Shown one piece after another: positions 30,969 to 42,550 of a stretch of 64,000 bases of DNA. The translations under genes and the position numbers were made by a program. This DNA comes from a virus, in IMG/VR virus record IMGVR_UViG_3300049324_000002, positions 1-64,000 of that record. One strand, given 5' to 3'. Position 1 is the stretch's first letter, and each line of letters starts with the position of its first letter. Under the pieces are notes generated by a model. The model saw nothing but the letters and a program-made list of their open reading frames with translations. It was not told the DNA's origin and did not search any database.

Positions 30969-31601
30969 TCAATCAGAATGACCATCAATCAAGCCGCGCC
31001 CACCCGGGCTAGTTAACGGGCCAATCGACGGAGGCTGAACACTCTGCTCCCGAGAAGCAGTAAACTCAGAAGGCACACTAATATCACCGGACAACGCCGT
31101 ATCCGAAATAATCAAATGCTTATCAGCAGGAGCAGAACTAGTGGCGACAGTAGCACCGGGCATAGCAATAACAGGCCCATCAGGATCAATCAGCTCATGA
31201 CGATTAGAAACATCCGTCCGAGGGCTCTGCTTAAACAACCCGAAATCACCCGTCGCATTCTGCACAGCCTGACTCGAGCCAGCCGAATGCGAAGTAAACG
31301 TGGCCAAAAACGCCATGAAAATACTCAACACATAAACTTTCCAATCCAACGAACTCGACCACACCGTAGTCGAAATAGCACCAGCCAACGCCGCCAACCC
31401 AGTAGCAATCCCCGACTTCGCCCACCACGGAGCAGTCGAATGAGTCACGAAATCAACCACACTCGGGATAATCACACCCGCGATCAAACTCGCCAACAAC
31501 GGCGCAATATTAATCGCATCCAACGGAGCCGTATCCACAACAACCCCCAAACTCAAAGAAAGAAAGCCTCCCCGCGAGTATTCGGACGACACCCCCAACA
31601 A
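30969..31601 (-). CDS. Putative holin
   Basis: Three TM segments; located after the tail genes. Confidence 0.55.
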   Translation of the reverse strand: MLGVSSEYSRGGFLSLSLGVVVDTAPLDAINIAPLLASLIAGVIIPSVVDFVTHSTAPWWAKSGIATGLAALAGAISTTVWSSSLDWKVYVLSIFMAFLATFTSHSAGSSQAVQNATGDFGLFKQSPRTDVSNRHELIDPDGPVIAMPGATVATSSAPADKHLIISDTALSGDISVPSEFTASREQSVQPPSIGPLTSPGGRGLIDGHSD

Positions 31602-31827
31602 AACTAATCAGACACAACATCCGGTGACCCAGGAGGTGAAATCTGAGTAGCCTCACGAACCCTCAACTGCCGCTGCAACTCAGCCTTCTCACCCTCCACC
31701 GTAGCCAACCTAGCCGCCGTCACAGCCAACTCCCGAACCGTAGCAACATGAATCCTCTCCAAATGCTCAATAACCAACCCCGCATCCACCGGAACACCCT
31801 GACCAGAACCATCAACAGGAGCAGACA

Positions 31828-34800
31828 CTACAAACCCACCTTCGCCTTAATAGCCTCAATATCAGAACCCTGCTTCTTCAACCGACCATGCAACTTACGT
31901 AAAATCTCCCACATAAACCCCATCATAGAACCATGATCAATATGAGGTTCAGTAGGATCCCTCGGGGTATAAACACGCACCCCCACCGGCAAATCCTCCG
32001 CCATCGGACCAAAATGATGCCTAACCCCCACCAACGGAGAACTCTCCAACCTCACCGGAACCAACACATCAGGATGCTCACCCGGCCCAGGATCACTCCG
32101 TCGCAACCGAACAGGATCAGGCTCACCCCTCGGTAAATGATCCGCAATATACTCCCACTGCCTAGAAGGAGCCCTCTCCAACACATCCAAAACATCAACC
32201 GAAATATCCTTGATATTCGTCTTCTTAGCAACACCAGAAGACTGCGTCACCGTATCCGCAGTAAACCCAACATGCAAAGACGTGTTACCCTCAGCCACCG
32301 CATAAATCCAATTCACCTGAAAAGCAAAAGCACTCCCCTTCGCAGGACACCCAATAATAAAAGCATCCCCCGAATCCTTCTTCATACGACCCAAACCAAC
32401 ATCAATCGTCGCGGAACTAGTAGTAAACGCAAACTCATGATAGGGAACATCCCGCAACCCATGCGCAATAAAAAGCAACCTAGACGAATTCATCCCAGCC
32501 GAATACTGCCTCGCATACACCGCAGACTCAGTATCCACCAACAACCCAGCAGTAGAATCAAACCAACCAAAAGCAGCCTCATACCACCACATACGCAAAA
32601 CAGCCTCACCAGACAACCCCGCCTGCCGGTCACCCTTCAAATAAGTCAAAGAATACCCAGCATACCCAGGCACATCCGCAGTGAACAACGAAATGAACTT
32701 ACCCAACGTATTATTCGCCGGATAAAACCTGATCTCCGTAGGAGCCGTACCACTAGGGTTAATAACAATACGCGCGCCAGTAATACCAGTCTTAATCTCA
32801 CCGAGAATAGAAACAGCGCCAGCATTCGTCACCTGAAACGTCTTCACCGCCGACGAGTTAAAAGCAAACAACTCCGACGAGTTCATCCCAAACCGAGCAC
32901 CCGACGCAGCAGTAGCAATCGACCCAGACAAAATAACCGCAGCCGACAACGTACCAGCCGTAATCTTACCGACATCCAAATCATTAATCGCCGCCGACCC
33001 AATCGACAACGCCGCATAATCCGGATTCAAAATCTGCCGAGGAACACCAGACGCCTGCGCCGACGTAGCCGACCTATTCCCCGACATATCCACACCAACA
33101 AGCCGAACAAAATAAGTAGTACCATACGTGCCTTTAGTGTAACCGAGCGCAGCGGCACTACCAATCGTATCCCACAAAGTAGTGGAAGTAGGAGTAAAAC
33201 TACTCACCGTACTAACATGCACCTCAACATACCTGAAATCCTTAGGCATAGCCTCACCCAAAGACCCCAAACCATTCCACTCAACCCGCAACGCAGCCAA
33301 CAAAGCAGTAACAACAGGAGTCGACGGAGTAGGAGGCGCAGTCGTATCAGACGCAGTAGTATGATTAACCGTCGAAGACCAACCACTAAAATTACCAATA
33401 GTATCCGACACACCAACCCGAACCTGAATCGCCGCACCCGGCCGCACAGCCGAAAAATTAGCGAACGTATCCTGCGTCTGCGTAACCAACATCCACGACA
33501 ACAACGCGCTAACAGGAGACATACTAACATCAGTATACTTCCAGTAAACAGCATACAAACCTAAATCAGTTACCGCAGTGCCATCCGAGTTAAACCCAAC
33601 CGGATCCCACTGCACCGACACCGCAGCCAACGTCACATTCTGATCCGTCGTATAAGCAATAGACGAAACAGTCACACCAGTAGGAGGCGCAGGAGCAATC
33701 CCATCAATCAACGTCGTAGGAATAGGACGAGCATTACTCGTCCCAGTAATCGTAGTACCGCCAGCAATACCCTGCAACCGTAAAGCCAACGCAGCAGTAC
33801 GCTCAGCAATCAAATCATTCAACACCACCGACCCGGACAACTCACCATCAGCATCCTGAGCGATAGTCCACTGTGCAACACGCAACCTCTCCAAATCCGA
33901 CCCAAGATCAGACCAACCCCAATCCCCCGTATCAAAATCACGCAACGGAACAGGACCACCAGTAACACTACCCGCATCCAACGTCAAACCATGCGTCTTC
34001 TCCATCGTCCCAGAAATAGCACCAGAAAGGAAAAACTGAGAATACGCAGTCAACGTAGTAGGATCACTGATCTGCCCCTGCGACACACCAATCTCAATAC
34101 GCCTACCACGCCTAGTCAAAGCACCAGCATCACTCGCCCACTGATACACCCCCAACGCACCCGCAACCAACGCAGAAGTAGCAGTACCACGAACAGTATG
34201 CTTACGAGGAGAATCAACAATACTCTGACCCTCACGAAAAACAACAGGAGGATTAGTAAGAGTCCTATCAACCCCAAAAGGGGGCTGATAAATCTTCAAA
34301 TCCTTACCAATAACCTTAAACTCACACATCCCAGCAGTAGCCAACCCCTGCAAACACTTCAAATAATCCGTACCCGGAGCGAACGTCAAAGTAATAATCT
34401 GAGTCCAAGAAACACCAGCAGAATCATGAGTACCAGTAAAAGACGCCCACGTCATATCCGTCAAAGCACCACGCGCAACAGCCTCAGCCATCAACGTCGC
34501 AACAATGGTACCAGCAGTACAAGAATAATAATGCGCATCATTAGAAGCGACAGTCGCATCATCACCCTGCGTAGGCATACCACCCTGAGGCTCCACCACA
34601 GCCTCACTCAAACGACCAGCAGCCAACAAACCAGTATACGACCAAACAGAACCCTCAACAACATCATCACCAGCAGACTCAGAAACATAAGACAACAACT
34701 CATCCTGCGCAACACCATCAATAAAAGTACGAATCATCAAATCACGATCATCAACGACCGTCTCATTCAAAACAGACCAATTCACCCCATTAGCAGGATA

Positions 34801-34917
34801 AGTAAAAGTAAGCGACCCCGCATCATTCACCACCGGCGAAATCGTAAACGTCTCCACATCAGGCAAAGGACACCTAAGAGACAAATCAGTATTCAAAACC
34901 CAAAACTCAACTAACAC
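31828..34917 (-). CDS. Minor tail/host-recognition protein with Fn3-like repeats and C-terminal peptidase S74-like chaperone
   Basis: PAPPTG and DTTAPPTPS repeats; SS..KKTNI...WEY...GPMAEDL. Confidence 0.8.
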   Translation of the reverse strand: MLVEFWVLNTDLSLRCPLPDVETFTISPVVNDAGSLTFTYPANGVNWSVLNETVVDDRDLMIRTFIDGVAQDELLSYVSESAGDDVVEGSVWSYTGLLAAGRLSEAVVEPQGGMPTQGDDATVASNDAHYYSCTAGTIVATLMAEAVARGALTDMTWASFTGTHDSAGVSWTQIITLTFAPGTDYLKCLQGLATAGMCEFKVIGKDLKIYQPPFGVDRTLTNPPVVFREGQSIVDSPRKHTVRGTATSALVAGALGVYQWASDAGALTRRGRRIEIGVSQGQISDPTTLTAYSQFFLSGAISGTMEKTHGLTLDAGSVTGGPVPLRDFDTGDWGWSDLGSDLERLRVAQWTIAQDADGELSGSVVLNDLIAERTAALALRLQGIAGGTTITGTSNARPIPTTLIDGIAPAPPTGVTVSSIAYTTDQNVTLAAVSVQWDPVGFNSDGTAVTDLGLYAVYWKYTDVSMSPVSALLSWMLVTQTQDTFANFSAVRPGAAIQVRVGVSDTIGNFSGWSSTVNHTTASDTTAPPTPSTPVVTALLAALRVEWNGLGSLGEAMPKDFRYVEVHVSTVSSFTPTSTTLWDTIGSAAALGYTKGTYGTTYFVRLVGVDMSGNRSATSAQASGVPRQILNPDYAALSIGSAAINDLDVGKITAGTLSAAVILSGSIATAASGARFGMNSSELFAFNSSAVKTFQVTNAGAVSILGEIKTGITGARIVINPSGTAPTEIRFYPANNTLGKFISLFTADVPGYAGYSLTYLKGDRQAGLSGEAVLRMWWYEAAFGWFDSTAGLLVDTESAVYARQYSAGMNSSRLLFIAHGLRDVPYHEFAFTTSSATIDVGLGRMKKDSGDAFIIGCPAKGSAFAFQVNWIYAVAEGNTSLHVGFTADTVTQSSGVAKKTNIKDISVDVLDVLERAPSRQWEYIADHLPRGEPDPVRLRRSDPGPGEHPDVLVPVRLESSPLVGVRHHFGPMAEDLPVGVRVYTPRDPTEPHIDHGSMMGFMWEILRKLHGRLKKQGSDIEAIKAKVGL

Positions 34918-34953
34918 GAAACACCCTCACTAACCCGGGGCAAGAAAAGAAGA

Positions 34954-35769
34954 TTAACCAGCAAACAAATACTTACGCCTACCAGTCAACGCAAACACAC
35001 CAGTACTACCAGCAGTCTGCGACGCAGTCACCTGCGGAATCACATCACCAGGATCCAACACAAACCACCGAGGATCCCCACCATGCACCAACGCACTATA
35101 AGAAGGCGTAATAGATGTTCCCGTCAAAGTCCACAACCCACAATCAATAGCCACAGACTGCGACCCCGTCAACACAGCATTATACTGAACATAAACCCCA
35201 GACGAAGACAACAACTTAGGATTCGTGCAAGGACCCGTAAACTTCACAATCAAATCATCCATAGGAGCCGTCGCACCAGTAAACGCAGAAACATTCCACA
35301 CACCAGTACCAGTCTTAGACTCCGTCACATCAACCGTATCTTTCCAAAAAGCACCCGACACCCGCAACGTCACAGCAAACTCAGCCCTCGACGCCCCAGC
35401 CAAAACCGTCATATCAATAGCATCAACAACCTGACCATTCACCTGCCGATGCGAACCATCCTCCAAAGTCTGCACCAACACCACATCATCAACACTAAAC
35501 AACATACCCAACCGATCAGCATTCTTCTGCAACATAGTGCGCAACTTCTTATCACTAGGCAGAGTGCCATCAGTGTTACAACCATTAATCCAAAAAGGCA
35601 GAATAACAGTACCAGAAGAATACTTCTTACGAGGAGTACGAACCGTCCCATGCCGACCCGGGACATCCAAATCTTTACCACGCTTAGGAGGACTAGTCCA
35701 ACGACCAGTCAAATCCCCAACATTATACGCCAAATTAGATATATCAACACCATTCACAGTCATAGACAT
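34954..35769 (-). CDS. Distal tail (Dit)-like protein
   Basis: VPGRHG motif; directly after the tape measure gene. Confidence 0.75.
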   Translation of the reverse strand: MSMTVNGVDISNLAYNVGDLTGRWTSPPKRGKDLDVPGRHGTVRTPRKKYSSGTVILPFWINGCNTDGTLPSDKKLRTMLQKNADRLGMLFSVDDVVLVQTLEDGSHRQVNGQVVDAIDMTVLAGASRAEFAVTLRVSGAFWKDTVDVTESKTGTGVWNVSAFTGATAPMDDLIVKFTGPCTNPKLLSSSGVYVQYNAVLTGSQSVAIDCGLWTLTGTSITPSYSALVHGGDPRWFVLDPGDVIPQVTASQTAGSTGVFALTGRRKYLFAG

Positions 35770-35782
35770 GTGAAAACCTCAC

Positions 35783-38700
35783 TCACGAGAACATCCCCAT
35801 CAAAGACAAAGAACGCATACGAGCCGCCGCCGAGTCAGAAGCAGTCTCAGCAACCGGATTATAGATGTTCGTATTAATGACAACATCCCTAGATGAGTCA
35901 CTACTAGAAGCGCCATGCACCACCGTAGAAGATGACCCGGCCGACAACGCCGCATCCAACCCGGCCCGCACAGCACCCCCCAACGCAAACCGCTGCACCG
36001 ACGCACGCCCCACAGGCGAGAACAAGTCAGCAGCATGCACCCCACCTGACGCGTTCAACCTCGTCAACAAATCAAGGCCAAGTGCCTCCGACACACCCCT
36101 ACTCAAAACAAACTCACCCGGCGTCAACATCGCCGGAACCGAATCACCCCCACCCGGCCCAGAAGCAGTAACCACACCACCATCCGCGTAACCGTGACCC
36201 TTCCACCCCGCAGCCAACGAACCATACGCAGCCACAGTATACTTAATAGCAGAAGTAATATTAGCCATAGGATCAACCGACACACCATACGAATAAGGAC
36301 CCTTATCAAACCTAGCATCCTTGTAAGCCGCGTACGTGCCAGCGATAACCTGCATCAAACCAACAGAAGGATGACCAGCCTGCCAGTTCGAATCCCACTG
36401 ATTAACCACAGTAGGATTACCACCAGACTCAGTGCTCATCTGCATCAACAAGGCACCGATATTCTCAAGAGCCTGATTCTCAGCAGTCAGTGCCGCTAAC
36501 CCAGTGGCCCTCCACTGCTCAACGCCAGCCCCACCACCCTGCAACAACCCACTCGCACCAGCATTAGCCAACGCCGCTGCAGCGGCAGCCGCCCGCGCCG
36601 CATAATCCTTAGCCTTCTCAATAACCGCGTCAATAACTTTAGAAGGTATAGCCTTCATAACATCAGTGAAGCCACCTGACCCGGGCACACGCCCAGCATC
36701 ATCAGACACCCCACCAAACAACGTACGAACAGACCCAACAGGATCCGACACCATCGAAGCAATCGCGCCCGTAACATCACCAACGACACCACCACCAGCA
36801 AACCTATTCCCACCCGCTGGCTTAGCACGACCACCAGAATAAAACTCATTCGCCTTGTAAACAAAGTCAGGACCCAGTCCCCGAACAGCCTCAGGAACGA
36901 GTACTCCCTCTCCTGGCGAGAGGACCACTGGTACCGAGTCCCGACCCGGAGCATAGCCAGGGAGAACACCACCCTCAGCCAGCAACGCAGCAGGCGCTAG
37001 CTTCCCCAACCCGAACACACCAGCAAGACCATTCCACAACGGAACAATCCCACGATTGTAAACAACGTCAATCACAAAGTTAACAGGACCCTTAGCAATA
37101 TCACCTAACCTGTTCCAAGCACCCTCAATAGCACCAATAACATTCGTAAAAGTATCACCAAGAAGATGTACCACACCCATAAAGCCATTGAAGATAGGCA
37201 AGAGGATGTTATTGTAAATGCCTGTGAAAGCACCACCAATGAAATCTAGAGCAGGCTTAATAGCATTATTCCACAACCACAAAGCAGCGTTACCTGTATC
37301 CTGGAAAGCTCTGACCAAAGAATCAATCACAGGCTTAACAAGAGTATTCCACAAGAAACCAAACGCAGCCCCCATGAAATCAAGAGCAGGCTTAATAGCA
37401 TTAACCCACAACCACGTACCAGCATCACCTAGCTGCTGTAACCCCTCCAAAAACAAGTCAACAATAGGCTTGATAACATTAGTCCACACAGCAGTGAAGA
37501 AAGCACCAACAGCATCCAACGCACCAATAACAATATTACGGAACGTCTCAGAATGCGTCCAAGCATAAATAAACGCAGCAACCAAAGCTGCAATCGCAAG
37601 AACAACCAACCCGATAGGGTTAGCATCCATCGCAGCATTCAACAACCACTGCACCGCAGCCCACGCAGCAGTAGCACCCTTAACAATCGCAGACCCCGCA
37701 GCAAACAACAACTGCTTAGCATTAGCAGCTAAAGTCTCAACACCCAACTTAATGTAACTACCTGCAGCGCTAGCAACAGCACCCGCAACCTGCAAAGCAG
37801 ACCCAACAGCCTTACCTAACCCAGACGCTGCACTACCAGCCGCACTAGCAACAGCACCCGACAACGTAGAAGCAACACCAGACAACGCAGACTTAGCAGC
37901 CTCAGCAAGAGGCTTAATCTTCGCCAAACCAGCCGAAATGACTTCCGGTGCAAACGACCCAGCAATAGAACCTGCAATACCACCAACCGCTGCACCAGTA
38001 TCCCCACCCACCGCCTGGCCGATCGCTGCCCCGGCCAGACCACCACCAATAGACCCCGCGATCCCACCGGCCACCCGCCCCACAGCCACCGCGCCACGGC
38101 CCACAGAGCCCGCCACCGCGCTCAACCGCGACGGCGCAGCAGGTGCCGAGCGAGGAGTACCAGGAGGATAAAAAGGCGCAGCCCCAGCAGGAACAGCAGT
38201 CTGAACAGGCGACGCTGCAGGAGTCCCCGGCTTGAACACCGACATCGCCGCGCCGCCCACCGCAGCACCGGCACGCGCCGTAATCGTACGAGGAGTAGCA
38301 GTCTCACCCGCAACAGCCGACTTCACACCACCAACAAAACTCGTAGGAGACGCCTTAACCGGAGCAGCCTCACCAGCCAAATAAGAAGCAGACCGCCCAG
38401 CCAACGCGTTAATCCCACCAGCAACACTAGACAAACCAGTAATAGAACCTATCAGCTTGATTGCTTTCAACCCACCAGCAATCGCCAACAACCACACACC
38501 AAGCTCAGCAATATAAGGAACCGAAGTGATAGCCTGCAAAACAGAAGCAAAAATATTCAATATAGTAACGAAAGCTGACAAACCACCTCCGCCTCCAGCA
38601 TTAACCAAGTTAGTAAGAACATCAGCAAGCTTCGAAATAATCTCAATAAGCTGCTGACCAATAGAAAGTGAAACATCCTTCATTGCAGCAGCAAGACGCT

Positions 38701-41032
38701 GGAACGCAGGAACCAAATTATCTCTAACCGCAACCAGCAACTCATAAGTTGTCTTAGAAGCACCAGTCCCAATAATAGACGTAGCCAACATACCAAGCAA
38801 CTGCAAAATGATACGGATCGAAGGCTCCATATCATCGAAATACTTCTTTAGCTTACCAAAACCCTCAGCAGTGTGTAGGTAATCATTAGTCTTCTTCGTC
38901 AACTCCTCAAACGACGTCAACAACCGCTCACCCAAAGGAGCCGCTGCTGCGAAAACCTGATAAAGAATGCCACCAACATTCTTCAGGATGTTACCAAGAA
39001 GAGATAGTATATCTTTAACTTTAACAAAGAAATCAGTAAGCTGACCAGTATCACGAGCAGCCTGAGTAGTCGCTTTAATATGCTCAGACCAAGCCAACGT
39101 CAGCTTGGTCAACCAGTCCAACAGCGGAACAGCCGCCATAGACAAGTTTTCAATAACGCTAAGAAGATTAAGGAGTATGTGCCCAAAGTTATCTACAAGC
39201 TTTGGACCTTCCCCAGTACCAAACGAAAGGAAGTCCTTCTGAAAACTGTTAAGCTCAGCAGCACCGTCATTAGCAAGAGAACTAAGAACAGCGCCAAAAG
39301 CTTTAATAGAAGGTATTGCTACTGAGTCAACCAGAGGAATGACTGCTTTAATCGCAGTCTCTAACCCGGGCAGGAACGCGCCCTCAGCGGCGCCAGTAAT
39401 CTTATCAACCAACGGGATAAGAGACTGCAAAAAATAAACAAACTGCTGGCCAGCAGGAGCCAAATGCGACATTGCAGTAGCAAGAGCAGTCTGTGCCGCA
39501 TTCTGCTTATTCGCTGCACTCGAAACCTGCTCAAGCGCAGCCTCTAACGAACGCTGCGCCTGCGTAACCGACTGATCCGCAGACAACATTCTATCCGCAG
39601 CAGTAACCCGTGCATCCGCAGCATTCTCAACTGCTTGTGTCTCAGCATCCTTAGCGCTCGCTACCTGATTAGAAGCATTAACTACATTAGCTGCTCCATT
39701 AACACCATCAGCCTGCGCTTTAGTATTATCTTCAGTAGCTCTCGAAGATGAAATCCTTGCTTCGGCTAAACGCTGCTCAGCCTCAGCAACCTGCAAATCA
39801 GCTTTACGCTTATCCAAAGCCGTAGAAGTAGCACTAGCATTAACTGCAGCTTGATTCTGCTGTGCATCAATAAGAGCAATCTCAGCAGACTCGACCGACA
39901 GCCTAGCGTCGATCTCAGCATTCTGCATATCAATGAGATCGCGTACAGCTTTCTCACGCTCAGCATTCAAACTAGCAAGAGCAGTCTGAACATCCTTATG
40001 CGCCTGCGCTAAAGCTTTATCTGCAGCCGCTACATCTTTCTCACCCTGTACCTCAGCCTGCGCTCGCGAACGCTCCGCATTAGCCAGAGCATCCTGCGCA
40101 TTAGCCAACCCACGCGTGGCCGACGCAGCCGCCTGAGCATCAGACGCAGCCGACTGAGCAGACTGAGACTGTGCACTCTGTAAAGCCTTTAAGGCAGTAC
40201 CAATACCCTTAAAAGCCAATAATGCTGTGCCCACTGCCCCGGCCGCCGCTAAAGCAGCAGGACCCAACGCAGCAATCGCACCCGCAGCAGGCGCAGCAGC
40301 ACCCAAAATGCCGATCAGCGCGCCACCCAGCGCAACGATCGAACCAATCAGCCCACCAATAAAAGCCGGTAGAGCCGGGGCAACCATCAACAATAGAGTA
40401 CGCAAAAACTTAGACGACGAAGAATCCGCGTCCTTAGAAGAACTACTATAATTCTTCAGCTCAGATGAAAGAGAGGCGAAATACCCCTTAGACTGCTGAG
40501 CCGACGATCCAGTACGACGATTAGAATCACCAAGCTTATCTGAAGAACGTGCAGCATCGTCAGTATCCCGAGCCACATCCTTTAACGCAGCAGAATGCGC
40601 CTTATGTGCAGTAGTCGCATCTTTAGCAGCATTCTTCTCTTTACCAAGAGCAGTAGAATGCCCATCACTACTAGACGAGGCATCCTTCTCAGAATTAACC
40701 AAATTGGCAAGACTCGCCGACAACTTCTGAACCATATCAAGCTTAGAACTAGCAGCCTGCTGCTCTTTATTCAAAGCAATAGTATGCTTGTCCGCAGACT
40801 TCGTTGCAGCTTCCTCACCGCGCTGCAACGAAGTAGTTAACTTATCAGTCTCACCACGCAACTTAGACTGAGCAGTCGCCATCTTCGAAACATTGGACTC
40901 AAACGCCTTCGAAGATGCTGGGTCAGAAGCCAACGACTTTAATGCCGTAAGCTTCGCAGCAGTCTTATCAACCTCACTATTCAATGAAGCGAAATCGGCG
41001 ACAGCCTTAAAAACCGCTGTAGCGGAAGGCAC
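35783..41032 (-). CDS. Tape measure protein with lytic transglycosylase domain
   Basis: 1749 aa, Ala-rich helical repeats; ESGGNP...GLMQ...DPMANI. Confidence 0.92.
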   Translation of the reverse strand: MPSATAVFKAVADFASLNSEVDKTAAKLTALKSLASDPASSKAFESNVSKMATAQSKLRGETDKLTTSLQRGEEAATKSADKHTIALNKEQQAASSKLDMVQKLSASLANLVNSEKDASSSSDGHSTALGKEKNAAKDATTAHKAHSAALKDVARDTDDAARSSDKLGDSNRRTGSSAQQSKGYFASLSSELKNYSSSSKDADSSSSKFLRTLLLMVAPALPAFIGGLIGSIVALGGALIGILGAAAPAAGAIAALGPAALAAAGAVGTALLAFKGIGTALKALQSAQSQSAQSAASDAQAAASATRGLANAQDALANAERSRAQAEVQGEKDVAAADKALAQAHKDVQTALASLNAEREKAVRDLIDMQNAEIDARLSVESAEIALIDAQQNQAAVNASATSTALDKRKADLQVAEAEQRLAEARISSSRATEDNTKAQADGVNGAANVVNASNQVASAKDAETQAVENAADARVTAADRMLSADQSVTQAQRSLEAALEQVSSAANKQNAAQTALATAMSHLAPAGQQFVYFLQSLIPLVDKITGAAEGAFLPGLETAIKAVIPLVDSVAIPSIKAFGAVLSSLANDGAAELNSFQKDFLSFGTGEGPKLVDNFGHILLNLLSVIENLSMAAVPLLDWLTKLTLAWSEHIKATTQAARDTGQLTDFFVKVKDILSLLGNILKNVGGILYQVFAAAAPLGERLLTSFEELTKKTNDYLHTAEGFGKLKKYFDDMEPSIRIILQLLGMLATSIIGTGASKTTYELLVAVRDNLVPAFQRLAAAMKDVSLSIGQQLIEIISKLADVLTNLVNAGGGGGLSAFVTILNIFASVLQAITSVPYIAELGVWLLAIAGGLKAIKLIGSITGLSSVAGGINALAGRSASYLAGEAAPVKASPTSFVGGVKSAVAGETATPRTITARAGAAVGGAAMSVFKPGTPAASPVQTAVPAGAAPFYPPGTPRSAPAAPSRLSAVAGSVGRGAVAVGRVAGGIAGSIGGGLAGAAIGQAVGGDTGAAVGGIAGSIAGSFAPEVISAGLAKIKPLAEAAKSALSGVASTLSGAVASAAGSAASGLGKAVGSALQVAGAVASAAGSYIKLGVETLAANAKQLLFAAGSAIVKGATAAWAAVQWLLNAAMDANPIGLVVLAIAALVAAFIYAWTHSETFRNIVIGALDAVGAFFTAVWTNVIKPIVDLFLEGLQQLGDAGTWLWVNAIKPALDFMGAAFGFLWNTLVKPVIDSLVRAFQDTGNAALWLWNNAIKPALDFIGGAFTGIYNNILLPIFNGFMGVVHLLGDTFTNVIGAIEGAWNRLGDIAKGPVNFVIDVVYNRGIVPLWNGLAGVFGLGKLAPAALLAEGGVLPGYAPGRDSVPVVLSPGEGVLVPEAVRGLGPDFVYKANEFYSGGRAKPAGGNRFAGGGVVGDVTGAIASMVSDPVGSVRTLFGGVSDDAGRVPGSGGFTDVMKAIPSKVIDAVIEKAKDYAARAAAAAAALANAGASGLLQGGGAGVEQWRATGLAALTAENQALENIGALLMQMSTESGGNPTVVNQWDSNWQAGHPSVGLMQVIAGTYAAYKDARFDKGPYSYGVSVDPMANITSAIKYTVAAYGSLAAGWKGHGYADGGVVTASGPGGGDSVPAMLTPGEFVLSRGVSEALGLDLLTRLNASGGVHAADLFSPVGRASVQRFALGGAVRAGLDAALSAGSSSTVVHGASSSDSSRDVVINTNIYNPVAETASDSAAARMRSLSLMGMFS

Positions 41033-41059
41033 CGATTCACCCCACTTCTAGCATACCCA

Positions 41060-41536
41060 TCATTGACGGGTAGGAAATATCCCCATCAATTTCTCGAACG
41101 AACCTGGAACAGGCTCAATAACTGACGGGCTAGTGGTTTCTTCGGGTTCCTCCGGGATAATCGAGAGATTCATTGCAGCTCGCTGCAATTCCTTCGCGCC
41201 ATCCGAAGACATAGCGGTAGCCGCAATAAAAGTGGCGAGGGCTCTGGTCTGCCATTCTAAATACAACCGAGACTTAGCATCCTCAACAGACAAACGCTCT
41301 CGAACAGACTCAACAATCTGCCTTACTCGACGGACGGTGAGGTCGAGGACACAATCGTCGGACCATCCGTACTCGGAAGAGATGAGGTCACAGGTTCGGG
41401 CAAAGGCTCCTGCAACCCTGCTGTCTGATCGATAGACGCCTGTTGGATCACTGCGAGAGTAGGATCGGTCTTCGCGGCGACCTTGAACATCGCCGCTAGG
41501 CGTTTCCCCAAAGCAACCAGATCGTCTTTCTCCTGA
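41060..41536 (-). CDS. Tail assembly chaperone, frameshifted (-1) extension
   Basis: The -1 frame is open from 41536 to 41060 and encodes YGWSDDCVLDLTVRR... Confidence 0.6.
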   Translation of the reverse strand, partial: SGERRSGCFGETPSGDVQGRREDRSYSRSDPTGVYRSDSRVAGAFARTCDLISSEYGWSDDCVLDLTVRRVRQIVESVRERLSVEDAKSRLYLEWQTRALATFIAATAMSSDGAKELQRAAMNLSIIPEEPEETTSPSVIEPVPGSFEKLMGIFPTRQ

Positions 41537-41973
41537 TTAACCACAGTCTCGATGATGGTCACAACATCACCAATATCCGGATTCTCCAACTCCGAATACA
41601 ACACATCAACAAGCTGAGCGTTACGCTCCTTAGCCTGCTTATCCCGACCCGGAGTCAGACCAACCGGCTCCACCACAGACTGAATAAACGCGACCGTCTC
41701 ATCCTCAGCCTCAGGCAACGCAATAACCGCAATAGCTAACAATTGCGTGCCAAACACCTCGGCGGCATTCTCATCAGTCGCCATCGACAAAGCATCACGC
41801 AAAGCCGGAAGATAAGAAGAACCACCACGCGTCACAATACGAAGCAGCTTAAACAACTGCCTCATACGCAAAGGCAGTACCTTCGCTGAAATACCAGAAG
41901 ACAAATCAACAACAGCAGACTCTGGATCAAGACGATCGATCTCAGAAGTAGGATCAGTCACAACATTAACCAC
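41323..41973 (-). CDS. Tail assembly chaperone
   Basis: Between major tail and tape measure genes; contains TTTGGGGAAAC. Confidence 0.7.
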   Translation of the reverse strand: MVNVVTDPTSEIDRLDPESAVVDLSSGISAKVLPLRMRQLFKLLRIVTRGGSSYLPALRDALSMATDENAAEVFGTQLLAIAVIALPEAEDETVAFIQSVVEPVGLTPGRDKQAKERNAQLVDVLYSELENPDIGDVVTIIETVVNQEKDDLVALGKRLAAMFKVAAKTDPTLAVIQQASIDQTAGLQEPLPEPVTSSLPSTDGPTIVSSTSPSVE

Positions 41974-42007
41974 GTACGCGCTCCCTGGCGTCTAAAAAAG
42001 AATGGAA

Positions 42008-42550
42008 CTAGGCTGCAGAGGTATTCACCAAACGACCGATAGACTGCTCAGTAAGAGCAACACCAGCCTCATCAACAGTAGAAAGAACTGCACGACCAGT
42101 GTAGTTAACGGTCATGCCATCCTTATAGGTAGGACCATCAAACGCGATCGGCTGGAACTGAACACGATAAAGAACAATGTCCATGGTACGAATCGCGCCC
42201 AAAGAATCCTTAGACGGCACACGAATCAATACAGGCTTAGGTGGCTGGTTCAAACTGCTCTGATTCCACAGCGGAACGCTCCAACTATCTGAAGACGATG
42301 TCACTGTAGCGCCAGTCAACAGCGAGATAACTCTAAAAGGAATGTAGCCAGAGCTAATCTTCAGCTCAGCATAGTTGAACCAAAACCAGCTAGACAGCAC
42401 TGCGTTATCGCCAGTGTTATCATGCTGATCTGAGTTAACCGCTACAGAACCCTCACGAACACCATAAATATCCGCTTGCTCAGCGCCAGTCGTGCCGTCA
42501 AGGATAGCAGCGTGAGAAACGCTAAACCCTTCAAAAATTCCCGTAGACAC
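42008..42550 (-). CDS. Major tail (tube) protein
   Basis: Size, beta-rich composition and synteny. Confidence 0.7.
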   Translation of the reverse strand: MSTGIFEGFSVSHAAILDGTTGAEQADIYGVREGSVAVNSDQHDNTGDNAVLSSWFWFNYAELKISSGYIPFRVISLLTGATVTSSSDSWSVPLWNQSSLNQPPKPVLIRVPSKDSLGAIRTMDIVLYRVQFQPIAFDGPTYKDGMTVNYTGRAVLSTVDEAGVALTEQSIGRLVNTSAA

